Assembly (NCBI GenBank): GCA_044892525.1
Contig: CM097886.1
Coordinates: 33,108,001 to 33,172,000 of the forward strand
Length of the DNA: 64,000 nucleotides
Reading direction: 5' to 3'
DNA from: Schmidtea polychroa
Lineage: Eukaryota
The notes below the pieces were generated by a model. That model had not been told where the DNA came from and made no database searches. It saw only the letters and a list, made by a program, of their open reading frames with translations. The position numbers and the translations under genes were made by a program. Positions within the stretch are counted from its first letter, which is position 1, and each line of letters begins with the position of its first letter. This document shows, in pieces, positions 46,332 through 59,635 of this stretch.

Positions 46332-49300
46332 CATTATAATAATTATTATTATCTAATATACACCCTCAGTTTAAATAAATCCAAAACTGTTAGAACAATA
46401 TATCTTTGATCTATCTAGACATACTGATTCTTTATTCAGTATGGTTGCAATTAAATTAAAAAAAACCCTCTTTTTTGAAAACGCTTTATTGATCCTAAGA
46501 ATAACTAACACCATTTCTACCTTATGGTGACTTTGTTTTTAAACACCAATTTCACCTTAAAATATGATCCTATAACGACCTCAAATCGACGACTTTAAAG
46601 AGAGGAAAGAGGTCTAATGATTTAGATATGACACTAGTAATTATTTTGGAGATTAATCAAAATATATTTATCGTTCAAATAATCAATATTCGTCAGCCTA
46701 TCAAATAAAAGCAAGACCATATTTTCAAAGGTTCTAACACCAGATTTAGAACTCAATTAACCCGCTGCTCAATAATAGACACTGTACTTGGAAAATTAAA
46801 GGGTGAGAGTAACAGTATTTGTTACAAAGAGTGGGTATTTTTGTGACCAAAATGTTATAGTTTACTGAGTAATACGAAAGCTTTGCTTACAAATAATGAT
46901 GATAAAATGGTTTTGGTTGGAAACCATAGAAGTCTGGTATATGGTAATTATATAATATTGAATAATAGTAAATTCACAATATAATCATCAAATTATTGAT
47001 TAAACTGTTCATCAAACTGCTAATAAAATCATTAACATACTTGTGGTTATCATTGTTATTGTCATATCGATTTAATAAATATATGTTCATATATTTGTTT
47101 TTGTTGTTATTATTTTTTTTCTATAACTTTAAATAATAGTCATGATATATAAACTGACTAGTTATTACGTATGTGTAAAGAATATGAATAATATATGAAA
47201 CATTAAAGAATAATAGAAATAATAGAATAATAGAATAATAGAAATAAATAATAATAATGACAAGGGTTATCTTATAGTCGAAAGTTTTTTCATTTTCGCA
47301 GCAAAAGGCTTAAATTATCATTTACTTGTTTAAAATTTAATTAATGCTGCTACCAAGAAATCTTCACTTTATAATAATATTAATAATAATATATATATAT
47401 ATATATATTATTAATACAAATAAATTTAAATAAACATAAATAATTAAATTAAAAAAAAATAATTAAAAATCAATAATTAGATTAATTAATAAAATAAAAA
47501 TAAAATATTAAGAAATAAATAATAATAAAAAAGAATTTAAATAGATAAATAATGAAAGTAATTTGATTTTACTTAGTCATTTGAATTGAGTGGAATATTT
47601 ATCGACTACTGTTATTTATTATAAGATTCTGTTACAATTTTGGCCTCTGATTTCTTTTCAATTGACATTGTATTTATTAAAAAATATTTGACAATGAATC
47701 AGTGAAGATATCGATGTTTTTTGTGATATTCAATATTTTTAATAAATATTAAGAAGGAGAGTAACAAAAACTGATTAATATAAGTTATATTTTGAACTAA
47801 CATATTTTTCTTTTTTTCCTAATAATAATCACTACAATTAGTTTAAATTTTTTGAGATGGAAATAAATTTATAATGGATGTAAATGGTAATTAAATGTGG
47901 TGATATGTAGTATATCTAAAGGTTGGACTACATTGTTGGGACGATTTCGTTGGGAAGTTATCACTGTAACCACATGAAAAATATTCCTATACTAACAATT
48001 GTTTTTGACAAGAATGTAATTTTATATTTTTCTAAAATAAATAAACCTTAGTGTATTGTTAAGCAACTTGTCTACGATGGAACTCGAATGTCAAGTAAAA
48101 AATTAACGAAATAAAAAACCAAATCAGAAATTTTAATAGACATCTATAAGGACATTTATTTAAATATTTATAATAATTTATTTTTCTTTCGTATTTTAAC
48201 ATTAAATTACACTGATAAAAGTGTGGCTAGTTTAAGATATTATATAATAAACTATTTGTTTATGATTCTTTAAAATTATTTAGTCAATTATTTTACATTT
48301 AAATCATTATTTTGCTAACTTTATTTTAAAACATTATAATATTTTTTAAATATTTAAAAATTTAATTGCAAATTTATTCTTTACAAATTTATTTTTTAAA
48401 TATTGCATTTAATGTATTTTTTTTATTATAGACAAAAATACAAACAATAATAAAGATTAACAAAAAAAAATATTTTATAATTAAATTTGTATAATTAAAC
48501 AATTAAGTCACAAAAAAATATAAACCTTAACGTTTTTACGCATTAAATATAAAAATATTGGATCATGTAAAATTAGCCAAAAGTAGCATCATGTAAAAAA
48601 GGGCAAGAAATAAAAAATTATAAAAATAAATAAGACACCAATTTAAATTTTAATTAAGTTAAGCAAAGATCTACAAAAACTTTCACTGTTGTTCCACATC
48701 CATATAAATTCCGTTAAAAATGTTAACCTGTCGCACGTTCTCATACCTTTTCTCGATTTAATTTCCTTTTTTAAACCACTATTAATTATTGTTAATTCGT
48801 TTTATTATATATAGTCTGAGTTTAACCAACAGGATGTTTTGTCACATGTGGGTATTGGTTGTAAGGGTATTGGTCACACTCATATCCCAAACCCACCAAC
48901 CTTATACAAACAACCAGTTAACAACCAGAAACCTGGAACCAACAAACAACTAGATACCATCTATTGATTATATCTATTTTTATATATATTAATTATATAA
49001 AAAAATATCATCTAAACATTTTTTTTAATTTTCATAATAAATATTGAGGATTTTTGAACTTTTTTCAATGATAAAAACAGATATTTTTCAAAACCTTGAC
49101 CGTTTTATCAGTTTAAATTACATTTCAATTTATTGGTAAGAAATGGAACAGTTGTCAATTGCGTGGAGAGAGTTGAAAAATACGAATACTTTATTATTGG
49201 GATAACATTTCTGTAATTATTCCGTAAATTGTTGGACCGAATTGTTAATTAGATTGAATTGAGAAATTCTCATTTGTAACTAGATGATAAATCCAAATTT

Positions 49301-51909
49301 TCTTTTTTTCTAAAATAATTAAAAAAATAAATATTAAGATTGCCAATAATTTGTAAATATGATTTAAACAATGAAAAAAAATTCATAAATTATTAATGAG
49401 ATATTTGGAAAATAATGAAGTTTAACAATTTGATGAAATATAAAGTAAAGGTGAAGGCAATTTCAAAGTTTGCCTTCAGCTCAAAGAATTACATTTAGTT
49501 AAAGAACCACAAATTTACCAACACTAGTTGCAAAAAATGACTGAAGTTTTAATGAATAAATGTTATTTACTTCAATGTATTTCGGTAGATCAGACAAATT
49601 AAAGAAATTCGAAAGAATAAACTTAACTTTTGACAAAATGTCAAACAATGTCTTTTCCTTCGGATGTTATTTAACATGGCTGCCATTCTAAAGTGTAACG
49701 AAACAAGAAAGAAAATGTATTGCTGTGTTTGAAGATGAGTTTGGGTGTAATAAATTTCGGAAATTGGAGTCAAAAAATTCAGTTTCGGAAGGTTTGTAAA
49801 AATCTGTAACTAATGACTTTAACTTGTTGTACATATCTGATTTAGGACTACCGAAGACCTTAACTATTTGCTCCTAAGTGATTTTAATAGTTCTGTGGGT
49901 AAAAAGGACATAAGAATTTGTGCTTTCGAACAAGAAGAGATGCGCTTGTTTGAGAAAGACAATTCTGTTAAGAACAGCCAAGTATCAGGAGCGCCATCTG
50001 TGTCTAAGAAGAAATTACGCAGAGTGACAAGTGACACAAGAGAGACATCCTTACTACAGTCGGCATGGATTGTACCCTTGTAAACCCTCTAAGAGCCTAT
50101 GTCTAAATTGTATAGAACCAATAAAAATCGATAATTGTTGGAAGCTGCGGTCGTCTCGAAGGATTTTTGTATTAATGCAGAGATAAAAATTTCTGAGTGG
50201 TTTCATTTTATAAATCGAAATCTTTCTTGATTGATGAATACGGAAAAGTAAAAAGGTTTGGTCTATGGCCAGATCAAAAGACAATAATTCATTAGGATTG
50301 TTAGGAGATACTATTACCGCCTGAGGTAAAAAAAGAACTGAAATTTATTAAAAAGAGAGTTTGATCAAACAGATATTTCACAGAATTCTATTTTTATTTT
50401 GAATTATTTATTCATATTACTTTGATCGTATAATGATATTTTTTTACTAACTAAAATGGAGCTATTTTCACTAATATATTTGAAGTTATTTGAAAAGTAA
50501 TTGTTAAAACATTCAAACAAACTATTTTTTCTGTATTGTTTTCATTTGAGAAAGAAAACGGGTCATTGCTGATTACTGATAACCAATTTATGAATACTTT
50601 AAGAGAAACAATAGCGGAACCTTTGAAAATAAAAAACAATAAAATATAAAAATAAAGACGAATTTCTTTTGTTAATTTGACAAAGTATAAATACAAACAA
50701 ATTATAAATTTCATAACAAAGTTACATTGAAAAAACCTAATAATTATTTATTCAATTAAAAATTATTGATAATTAATGAATATTATTTAAAAGAAAAATT
50801 TTTCAAATTAAAAAAAAATCTAAAGGAATCCTCTTAAAGTCATTTTGAAAAATTATATAAATTAAAATTTCTAGAACATTAATTATTTTTCTTTCCGCGT
50901 CATATAAATTTAACATTGATATGCTCTGTTTAAAAAAAATCTTTCAATATTATTATTATATTTTTATCAAAGCAGTGTTTAAAAAAATTTCCGGTTTAAT
51001 TTCCATATTATCAAATATCCACTTAATAAATCATACAATGAAATAAATGACGTTTAATAGAATGGACTGTGTTTTAGTATTTTCAAAATTGTATTGAATT
51101 GTGTTAAATATTAAATTAATCAAATTTAAATTAATTGACAATATATTAATAAAAAATTGGCTATGAATCAGTATAGATATCGATTTTTTATTTTGATATT
51201 CACGATTTTTCGGCACAGCCTTTTTTTAAGATAATGATGCCAGACTGATGATGAGGATCATTTTCTTGAAATATATTTCATTTGAATGACATTTTTTTAC
51301 AAAAAAACATTTACCAAATTATTTTATGTATTACATTCAATATTCTGTTTAAGATTTATTTGTTTTCGTTTCATTTATTAAATACAAAATGATTTAAATT
51401 CAGATAAATTTTCTGAAATATTTAATCGATTTTTTGAATTTGTTTTAATAAAATAAACTAGAATTTTTGAGATATTTTGGATTTTTGGAATCATCATATA
51501 ATTTTGGTAAATTTTAAAGTCACCGCTTTGCCTTAAGACAAGTATAACAGTTGAACAATCTGAATTATTATTAGGGGCATAATTATAATTATTAAATGCT
51601 TTAAAATGTCATTTAAAAAAAGAGTAAGAAAATCAATTTAACAACTGTATATATTTCTTTATGATATACCGTCAATAGTAGAATTTAAAAACAAATTGTT
51701 AACACGAAGTTTAGTTATCTTTCCGGTTGAATCTTAACTTTCTTTTGTTTCCTGGCCATGGGAAATACTATTATTTAAACAAATAAAAAATATTTTAAAA
51801 ATTCTTTTTAATATTTACAATTAAAGTTAATTGTATTTCTTCATTTTTTGTCATTTTGCTAAAATTTGGTTATGAAACATTATCCGAATTTGGCACTTAA
51901 AAGGACTTT

Positions 51910-51912
<3 letters not shown>

Positions 51913-51984
<72 letters not shown>
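51913..51984. repeat. (TA)n microsatellite
   Basis: Pure dinucleotide run. Confidence 0.95.
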
Positions 51985-51988
<4 letters not shown>

Positions 51989-53341
51989 AATTAAAGGAAA
52001 GAATTAATATGAACATGGAAAAGTAAATTATTCATTTGAAATTTTTAATAATTAGTTTCAAATTTTAGATAAAAAATATTATATATTAACGCAATAATCT
52101 TCTTTATCATTGAAATAAAAAATATTTTATTTCAATCAAACGTTTTTATTATTATTATATCCAGAAATTATTAAATAAAATGATCATAAATTTATAAAAT
52201 TTACAGGGAAATTATGAATATTTGTGACGATATTTATGTTGCTTTCACATCATCAACTCTTTTCTATAAAAAAGTTATAAAAATCTGTAAGTCCATATTT
52301 AAAATTTTGCTAACTTATAAAGTTTTATGTAAATTTTATTCCAAAAATAATTTTAGCGAAGCTTTATAAGTAAAATTACTAGAAATAGGATCCCAATCGG
52401 AAAACAAACAAAATATTTAATCACTGGAAAAAAATTTACACACTTATTCAAATATCCTATTTTTTTTGTAAAAAATTATTTTACAAAAAATAATAAAATG
52501 AAATTCAATTTCAAATCACTTAAAAATTATTATTAAATTAATATTTTATATTTAAAAAACATAAATTATAAAATAAAATAAAAAAAATGATATACATACT
52601 AACTAAAATTGCCTATTTAATGTCAATGTTATTTCTGGCCACGACACACACACACACACATTTATTATAGGTAAGTTAATATTTATATTATAAAAAGCCA
52701 AATCAATGTCCATTCGATGAAAATCAATCGCCGGCTATTAATAGAATGTAATTAAATGTCCGAATCGGTCCTATCAATTACGCTTTAGTGCATCAACAAA
52801 CCTAAACACGCACACAAATAACACAAATAAATACACCAATCAAAATTCCAACACACAAAACCAAAAACCATTCAATGCACACTAACAAAATATAAACACG
52901 CATTACACTATTAAAGGTTTAATCGGAAAAATCACCAAAAAGACCCCAGAGATAATATATAATAAAATATTACTAAAATTTTATATGAAATCAATTTAAC
53001 AAAATTATATTTATAATTATAAAATATTTCACGAAGAGGATTATTCAAGTGAAACCTTTCAGCTTCATTATAATTTCTTATTGATATCAACCAGTTTATT
53101 ATACCTCATTAATAACTGATACATTTTTCAGATAAATGATTGATCAGTAGGAGAATTCTAAAAAATTATATGTTAATTTATAAAAAAAGTTTTGTTTGAA
53201 ATAATCAACTTTGACAGGAGATTTTCATTTGTGCAAAAAAATCAGCAACAATATTTTTGAGAGAAAATCTTGAATACAGTTTGAATATAAATGCAAAATA
53301 AACTTTTGATTTTAAAAATAATATGATATTAAATTAGTTAA

Positions 53342-53577
53342 CCCTTTCCTGGCTAATGATGCCATATGGAATCATAATATATTTCATACAGGTGTAGACA
53401 TCTATAGACTGGTAGGTATAATATTTTTATTTATGATCGATAAGGAAGATCTATACTTTTAATATAAAATCATTTAATCCCGCCTTTTACCAAATATTTT
53501 ATTGTTTTTGTCATTTGAAAGAAGCAACTAGTGATTTTAGGACGCCATTTTCAACTCTTAATTCAGCCAGGAAAGGG
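53342..53577. mobile_element. piggyBac-type MITE (236 bp)
   Basis: TTAA TSD; perfect 13-bp TIR CCCTTTCCTGGCT. Confidence 0.9.
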
Positions 53578-54128
53578 TTAATTGAATTAGCTCTAGGTTT
53601 TCAGATACTAACTACTTACACATATCTAGTGTTTGCATTATATAATAGCTAAAATATAATAGCTAAAAAACTACAAATAATAGCAGATACTATACTACTC
53701 TATTTATTTAGATTATACAGTAATTATTTATTTTATAGAAGAAGGTACAATATGGTTATAAATATGAAAAATAGGATTTTGTGTGTTAAAATTTGTCGCA
53801 CTACAGCGCAAAGGAACCTGAAATATTTGAAGATATTCCATTGGAAAATGATAGAGAAATATGATGATAACATCTTCGTATCTATCCGGGAAGGCGGTAA
53901 AAATCATTGTTTTAACTTACTATCATTTATCGAAGCTTTCCTTACAAGGGGAAGTATAATACTTATGTGCTGGTTGATAATTTGAGATTTTTGAAAATTT
54001 CTTTTTGCAAAGATTTTCTACTTGATAAGTCAAGTCATTTTGTTGACCACGAGCTTTGAAATTCTCCATTGTAAATTGGCTTAAATTAGGAAAAATAGAT
54101 CATTTAAGGTGGAAAATCTTTATATATA

Positions 54129-54132
<4 letters not shown>

Positions 54133-54170
<38 letters not shown>
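54133..54170. repeat. (TA)n microsatellite
   Basis: Pure dinucleotide run. Confidence 0.95.
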
Positions 54171-54173
<3 letters not shown>

Positions 54174-54762
54174 TATTTTTACATTTCTAAGTTTGAATAA
54201 TAGTATTAATTTTTAAGAGCAAAATTGTACAATAAAGTGCAAATGTTATTTACATGTATTATTCTCGAGACTTTTGACGAAGCTTGAAAGAATTGCAATC
54301 GAGTGTAAAAATATGTAAAATTATTTTTAAATGGAAATGTGATCATTTGATGATTCATGTTGGACACTTCATTGGTGTTTTACCGATTTTGTGTAATTTC
54401 CAATTGATCTACTCGACAGATTTTAACCATTTATACCTTGTTTGGTTCTAAAAAGGAGGCTCCACAACACGAAAAAAAGGATTTTATAAGAAATATTGAT
54501 TATCAGTATATTCAATTTTCTCAATAACCAAGAATTATTTTCAAACAATGTTTTACATCATTATACTCACCATACAATTCTCTAAGAGATGATATATAAC
54601 ATTTATTAAAATATATTTATTTTCTTTTTATGAACATTTTGCCTGAATTCGTTCCTGTGTTTTCATAATACATTTTTTTTAAATTAATAAAACAAAATTT
54701 TAACTTATCAATATAAAATAAATTTCTTTCAAGTTTAAACCTATCTATTCATTAATGAACTC

Positions 54763-55069
54763 CAGTGCTTTTTATCTGGGAAAAAAGGTGCCGGAACGTA
54801 TCTGTAGTATTTCTATTGTATCATTACTAAACGTATCTGTGTTATTACTATTATATAATATAATAGTAATAACACATAGGAAGCACGGAGTTATGATTCA
54901 CTCGCTTTGGCGTACGACTACTACTTTTAATTTGATTGTAATTGACTATTTGAAATGTCAGAAATAGAAATATAACACAAAACCAAAACATATGTCAATT
55001 TTTTAAAATCTTTCCGCGACAAAAGGTGCCGGAACGCCGTTTCGGAGCGTTCGTCAGAAAAAAGCACTG
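54763..55069. mobile_element. hAT-type MITE (307 bp)
   Basis: Perfect 8-bp TSD ATGAACTC; TIR CAGTGCTTTTT; internal direct repeat AAAAGGTGCCGGAACG. Confidence 0.9.
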
Positions 55070-55711
55070 ATGAACTCTTAATATTTAGAAAAAATAAAAG
55101 TAACATTAAGTTTTATTAAAAAGAACTATAGAATATTATTTTATAGTTATTTAAAATGTTTTAGTATAGAAAAGTATGTATGTGAAAAAAATAAAAATAG
55201 ATTTCTAACAAAATTACCAAACAAGATTTCGAAACATTTCAAGTGTTTTCAATTGTAATATTCAATGCTTCTTTTTTCCACTTTTCATTCTTTCTTTACA
55301 AACTGAATGTCTATACAAATTTTCATTATCCTGTTTGAAAAGTGGCGGACAAAAACAAAACCACATTTTAAATTTTGTAATATAAATAAGAAGAGCACAT
55401 TATTTTATGAAAATGTTTATTTTATTACAAAAATAAATCTATAAAGTGTTATATTGTTCTTTATAGATCAACTATTTTAAATTCTACAGTTTTATAAAAA
55501 TTACAGAAAAGAATTAGGATTAAATAAACTTCCTATTGCACAATATTTATTATTATTTATTAAGTAAAATAAAAATATCTTAATAATAATATCTTGAAAT
55601 AAAAATCAATTGCTTTACAAATGATGTTACGATATATTGTTTTTTGTTTAAAACAATATAAAACTGTTAGAAAGTAATATCTTTATTAATTATTAACCGT
55701 ATTTATATTAA

Positions 55712-55929
55712 CCCTTTCCGCTCACATTAATTTTACCATGTTTGTTTCTTCCACTCATATTTGATTTAGTTAATTTTGTGGAAATTCAAAAATCTATGTC
55801 GGAATTTGAAATTATTTGGTCCTCTTATTTCAGGAACCACAAATCGGAAAGAAGTGATGTTGGTGTGGCGTCATTTATGCCATAATGAGTGTTAAGACAA
55901 AGAAAATTGGCAAGAAAGGATGGAAAGGG
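55712..55929. mobile_element. piggyBac-type MITE (218 bp)
   Basis: TTAA TSD; 8-bp TIR CCCTTTCC. Confidence 0.75.
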
Positions 55930-58900
55930 TTAAAAATTGAATATTTCTAAAGCATTTCAATCAAATATAATAGGAAAGTTGACAAACATTTATAACATTG
56001 CGCTAGAAATGTTTGCTAAAATTAATATAGAATACGTTTTTATTAAATTAAACAATTTAAAAATAGGAAAATTATGTATCTAATATCCAATTTTGACTAT
56101 TATTATCCATTTATTATCAAAAATTCAATTTATAAAGAAAAACTATAATTGATAAGAATATGCTTCGATATTACGCCGAATAAAAACGACGGTTTCAAAT
56201 TATCGTACATTTGATATCGGTGATACAATTTCTGGCAGGACAGGCTTAGCTTTTAGAGGTTTCTCCAGTAGAGGTTTCTCCAGTACGCTAAGATTCAATT
56301 TGACATTGGCTAGCACGAAAATTATAATCAACTTTAAAATTTTTGAAATTAACTTCGACTTACTTCACTAAGTTGTCTATTCTTTTATACTGTTCTCATA
56401 AATTAATTCGCTTTTCATTTAAATCGGGTTAATTACAGGGTGCCTATTGAAAATCTTTTTAAATTAATTTCTGCACTTTAATTATTATTTTAGATTTGAT
56501 GTTTTTATTGATTTACACTTAATTTTTGTGATTTTTATTTTTGTTTTGGTCTTATTATGCCAAACCCCAATATGTTGTTTAAATAGGTCTTTTTTGTTTT
56601 TGGATATATTTGTTTTTTTCTATTGTAATTGTGTTCTTACTAAAACGTAGAAAGGTTTTAAATATTGTAGTTTTATGAACATGGTCATTACATTTCTGCA
56701 AAAGGAATTAGTATATCTTAGTACTGTAGTTGACCGGACAAATATTTTCAAGATTTTTTAAATCTGATGAAATTGGGAAAGTGTTGATAAAATGTTATAA
56801 GTTAAAGTTTCGAATATCAGAGAATTCCAAATTTCATGTTACTTTCAATTTTCTAAGTTTTCATCAAAATAACGAATTAGGAAAGTTTTCTTCTGCATTT
56901 ACTCAAAAAGGAAATTTAATTTTCTAAATGGGCCAAAATATTCAAATGAAATAGAAAAATTTGAAAATTTAATTATCTTCACTTATCTGCAATAAATTTC
57001 TTCGATTAATAAATTTTATAAAAATTTTAAATTAAATAAATAAATTCGTTTGAAAATTTATAAAAATAAGAAAGTATAATTAAATATAATTATAAATATA
57101 TTTAAACTAAAATTATTAATTTTTGTTTATCTAAAACAATGTTTACAAAAATAAAATATCGTAAATTATTTTCAAATCCAGATCAAATCGGACTATCAAA
57201 TTCATAATTTTTTAAGAATAGAGAATTCGTTTTTTTGATTTCTAGAAATTTCAAAAATTACCGTTTCAGAAGAATATTTTAAAATAGTTTGAATAAAATA
57301 TAATATTAATATTTTATTTATCCCAGAAAAAATTTATAACCTTTAAAGTATTTTAATTTAAACAAACCGTAAAAAAAAATAAAAAAAGTAAACCGTAAAA
57401 TAAAAGATTTTGTTTTCGAAATGAAACAAAATTTACAGTAAAATGGAAAGTAATGTATACTTTATTATTCTTCCCATTTTTATATTTGAAAATTCTTTGG
57501 TCGAATACACAAAATTAATCTTACATATCACATCCGTTTCTATTCTTAGTAGAGATAAAACATCCATTTTGCTTTGTTGGATAGTTGTTTCTTTGAGATT
57601 TCTTCAACAAATCATTCTTACCTGATGCAGATGAATACTTGAACAGAAATAAAATCGATAAATTTATGAAATTTGAAACACAAAAATTTAATATTAATAT
57701 GTAAATATCATTTGATTGACATTGTTTATGGGTTGTTTCTAAAAAATGTACCAGCAAGTCAAATTTCACAGCGTTCTCCGTTTTCTTGATTTTGAGGAAG
57801 ATAGAAAAGTAGGACATCATTTATCAGCTGCACGAAGTATAGGAAAATGAGGCCCCATATAAGGACACTATTTATAATTGGATTAGTGAGTTTTTACCAA
57901 ACTAGAGCAGGATTTTCTAAATGAAAAGCAACCATTTTCTTCAATAAAGGTTGCTGAGAAAGGTTCCTGGAAGTAGAAGATGAGAAAATGAATCTGTGGG
58001 TTTTCCTATATAATTCACTTGTTGTAATTCACATATCAACAAAATCGATATATTACTGATTTATAGTCTTCAAGCTCTTTTTAATAAATAAAATGGAAAG
58101 AAATCAGTGGTGAAATTGAAAAAAAAGTTCTTATAGTATATATATATATATATAGTATTTATTAAAAAGCTTGACTATGGAACTGTAAATATATAAAAAA
58201 AACATCGATATTCATTACTTTTGACCGCTTTTAGGTATTTTTTGTCATTTTGGAAACATACGCTTTTCTGCTATTATATTGTAAAACAAATTTACTTTCA
58301 CCAAATATTTGATTTTACTTTCTCTTACAGTAATACTTTAAACCAAAGATTCATACGGTAACGAAACTTTTCTTCAAAATATAATTCCACCATAAATATC
58401 TGACGCAAAATTACACAGAAATTGTCAAACTTTTCAGATTTCATTTCAAATACCAAATTCACCATTTCAATCTTTAAAGGGTAATTTTGACAAAAAATAC
58501 GATTTTTATTTATTGTTTAAATGATTAAATTTTCAATAACAATTTAGTTTTGTGCAGAAATGCGGTTTGAATGGAATATTTATTACTTACTTGAATTCCT
58601 TTTTTCCATTGATCTTTTCGCTAAACATGAGAAAAATTAATGACAGGAAAAATTGGAATTCAACTCAATTTTTAAGTTACACAATCAACAATAGATTTCA
58701 AATACTTCCTAATTTTAAAGTTGTTCAAATATTTATACAAACATAAATTAATTGAAATTTAATTCTTCTTTCTATAAATTTGAAAATAAAATAAAAACAA
58801 TTTAAAATTTATTTGAGATAGTTGGAGTGTTTGCATGTAATGTATGNNNNNNNNNNNNNNNNNNNNNNNNNNNNNNNNNNNNNNNNNNNNNNNNNNNNNN

Positions 58901-59203
58901 NNNNNNNNNNNNNNNNNNNNNNNNNNNNNNNNNNNNNNNNNNNNNNNNNNNNNNNNNNNNNNNNNNNNNNNNNNNNNNNNNNNNNNNNNNNNNNNNNNNN
59001 NNNNNNNNNNNNNACAGCAATTAATCTTTAAATAATAATGTTTATTTATCAAAATATAAATTCTGTCCAAAATAATTCTCAAAATTAGGTATTTGCAAAT
59101 CTGACATAGAGCACTGTAAAGAAATTAAATAATTCCTATTCAATTTCCTCTTTCTGTCCTCTCAATATTTGCAATATTTTTAATAAATACTATATTTAGT
59201 ATA

Positions 59204-59635
59204 CAGGGACGGCTCTACCATATAGGCGAATTAGGCGACCGCTTAGGGCGCAAAAATAGTTTTCTAAATAATTTCTCGAATATATAAAAAAATTAATTAC
59301 TAACAAATTGCATCTATCTAATATTCTTACATTATTAAACAGATAAGCTTAGCGGTTTAGTAAATACTAAATTTTACTGGCAAGAAAAGTTGTCACTCTT
59401 ATATTATTTTGTACTATTATTTATGTATTTTGAAACTGCATATATTATTATATTTTGAAATGGACAAAATTTTTATTTCACTCAATAAAAAATTTATTAT
59501 GAAATACCTACTCGTTGAATTAAGAAATTTAAATTATTAAAACATAATGTTTCAGTTGGCATTCTTTAAGGTAGATGCTTCATAAAAATTTGCCTAGGGC
59601 GCTAGGCTTGGACAAAATTTCTTGAGCCGCCCCTG
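59204..59635. mobile_element. hAT-type MITE (432 bp)
   Basis: Perfect 8-bp TSD TTAGTATA; TIR CAGGG(A/G)CGGCTC. Confidence 0.92.

Noticed and set aside
49450-50330. GC-elevated patch as a kinase-like or TE coding relic
   Set aside because: All frames are broken and only a GEGN word resembles a known motif.
51245-51280. Fourth hammerhead (CTGATGA-T-GAGGA..TTCTT-GAAATATATT)
   Set aside because: Stem II needs two G-U pairs including the closing one, and stem I has only 2 bp. It may be a decayed copy but is not supportable.
57521-57820. GPCR TM2-like segment (NDIYILILNFCVSNF) with a CAG|GTAAGA donor
   Set aside because: Hydrophobic AT-rich frames mimic this easily, and no other helices were found.
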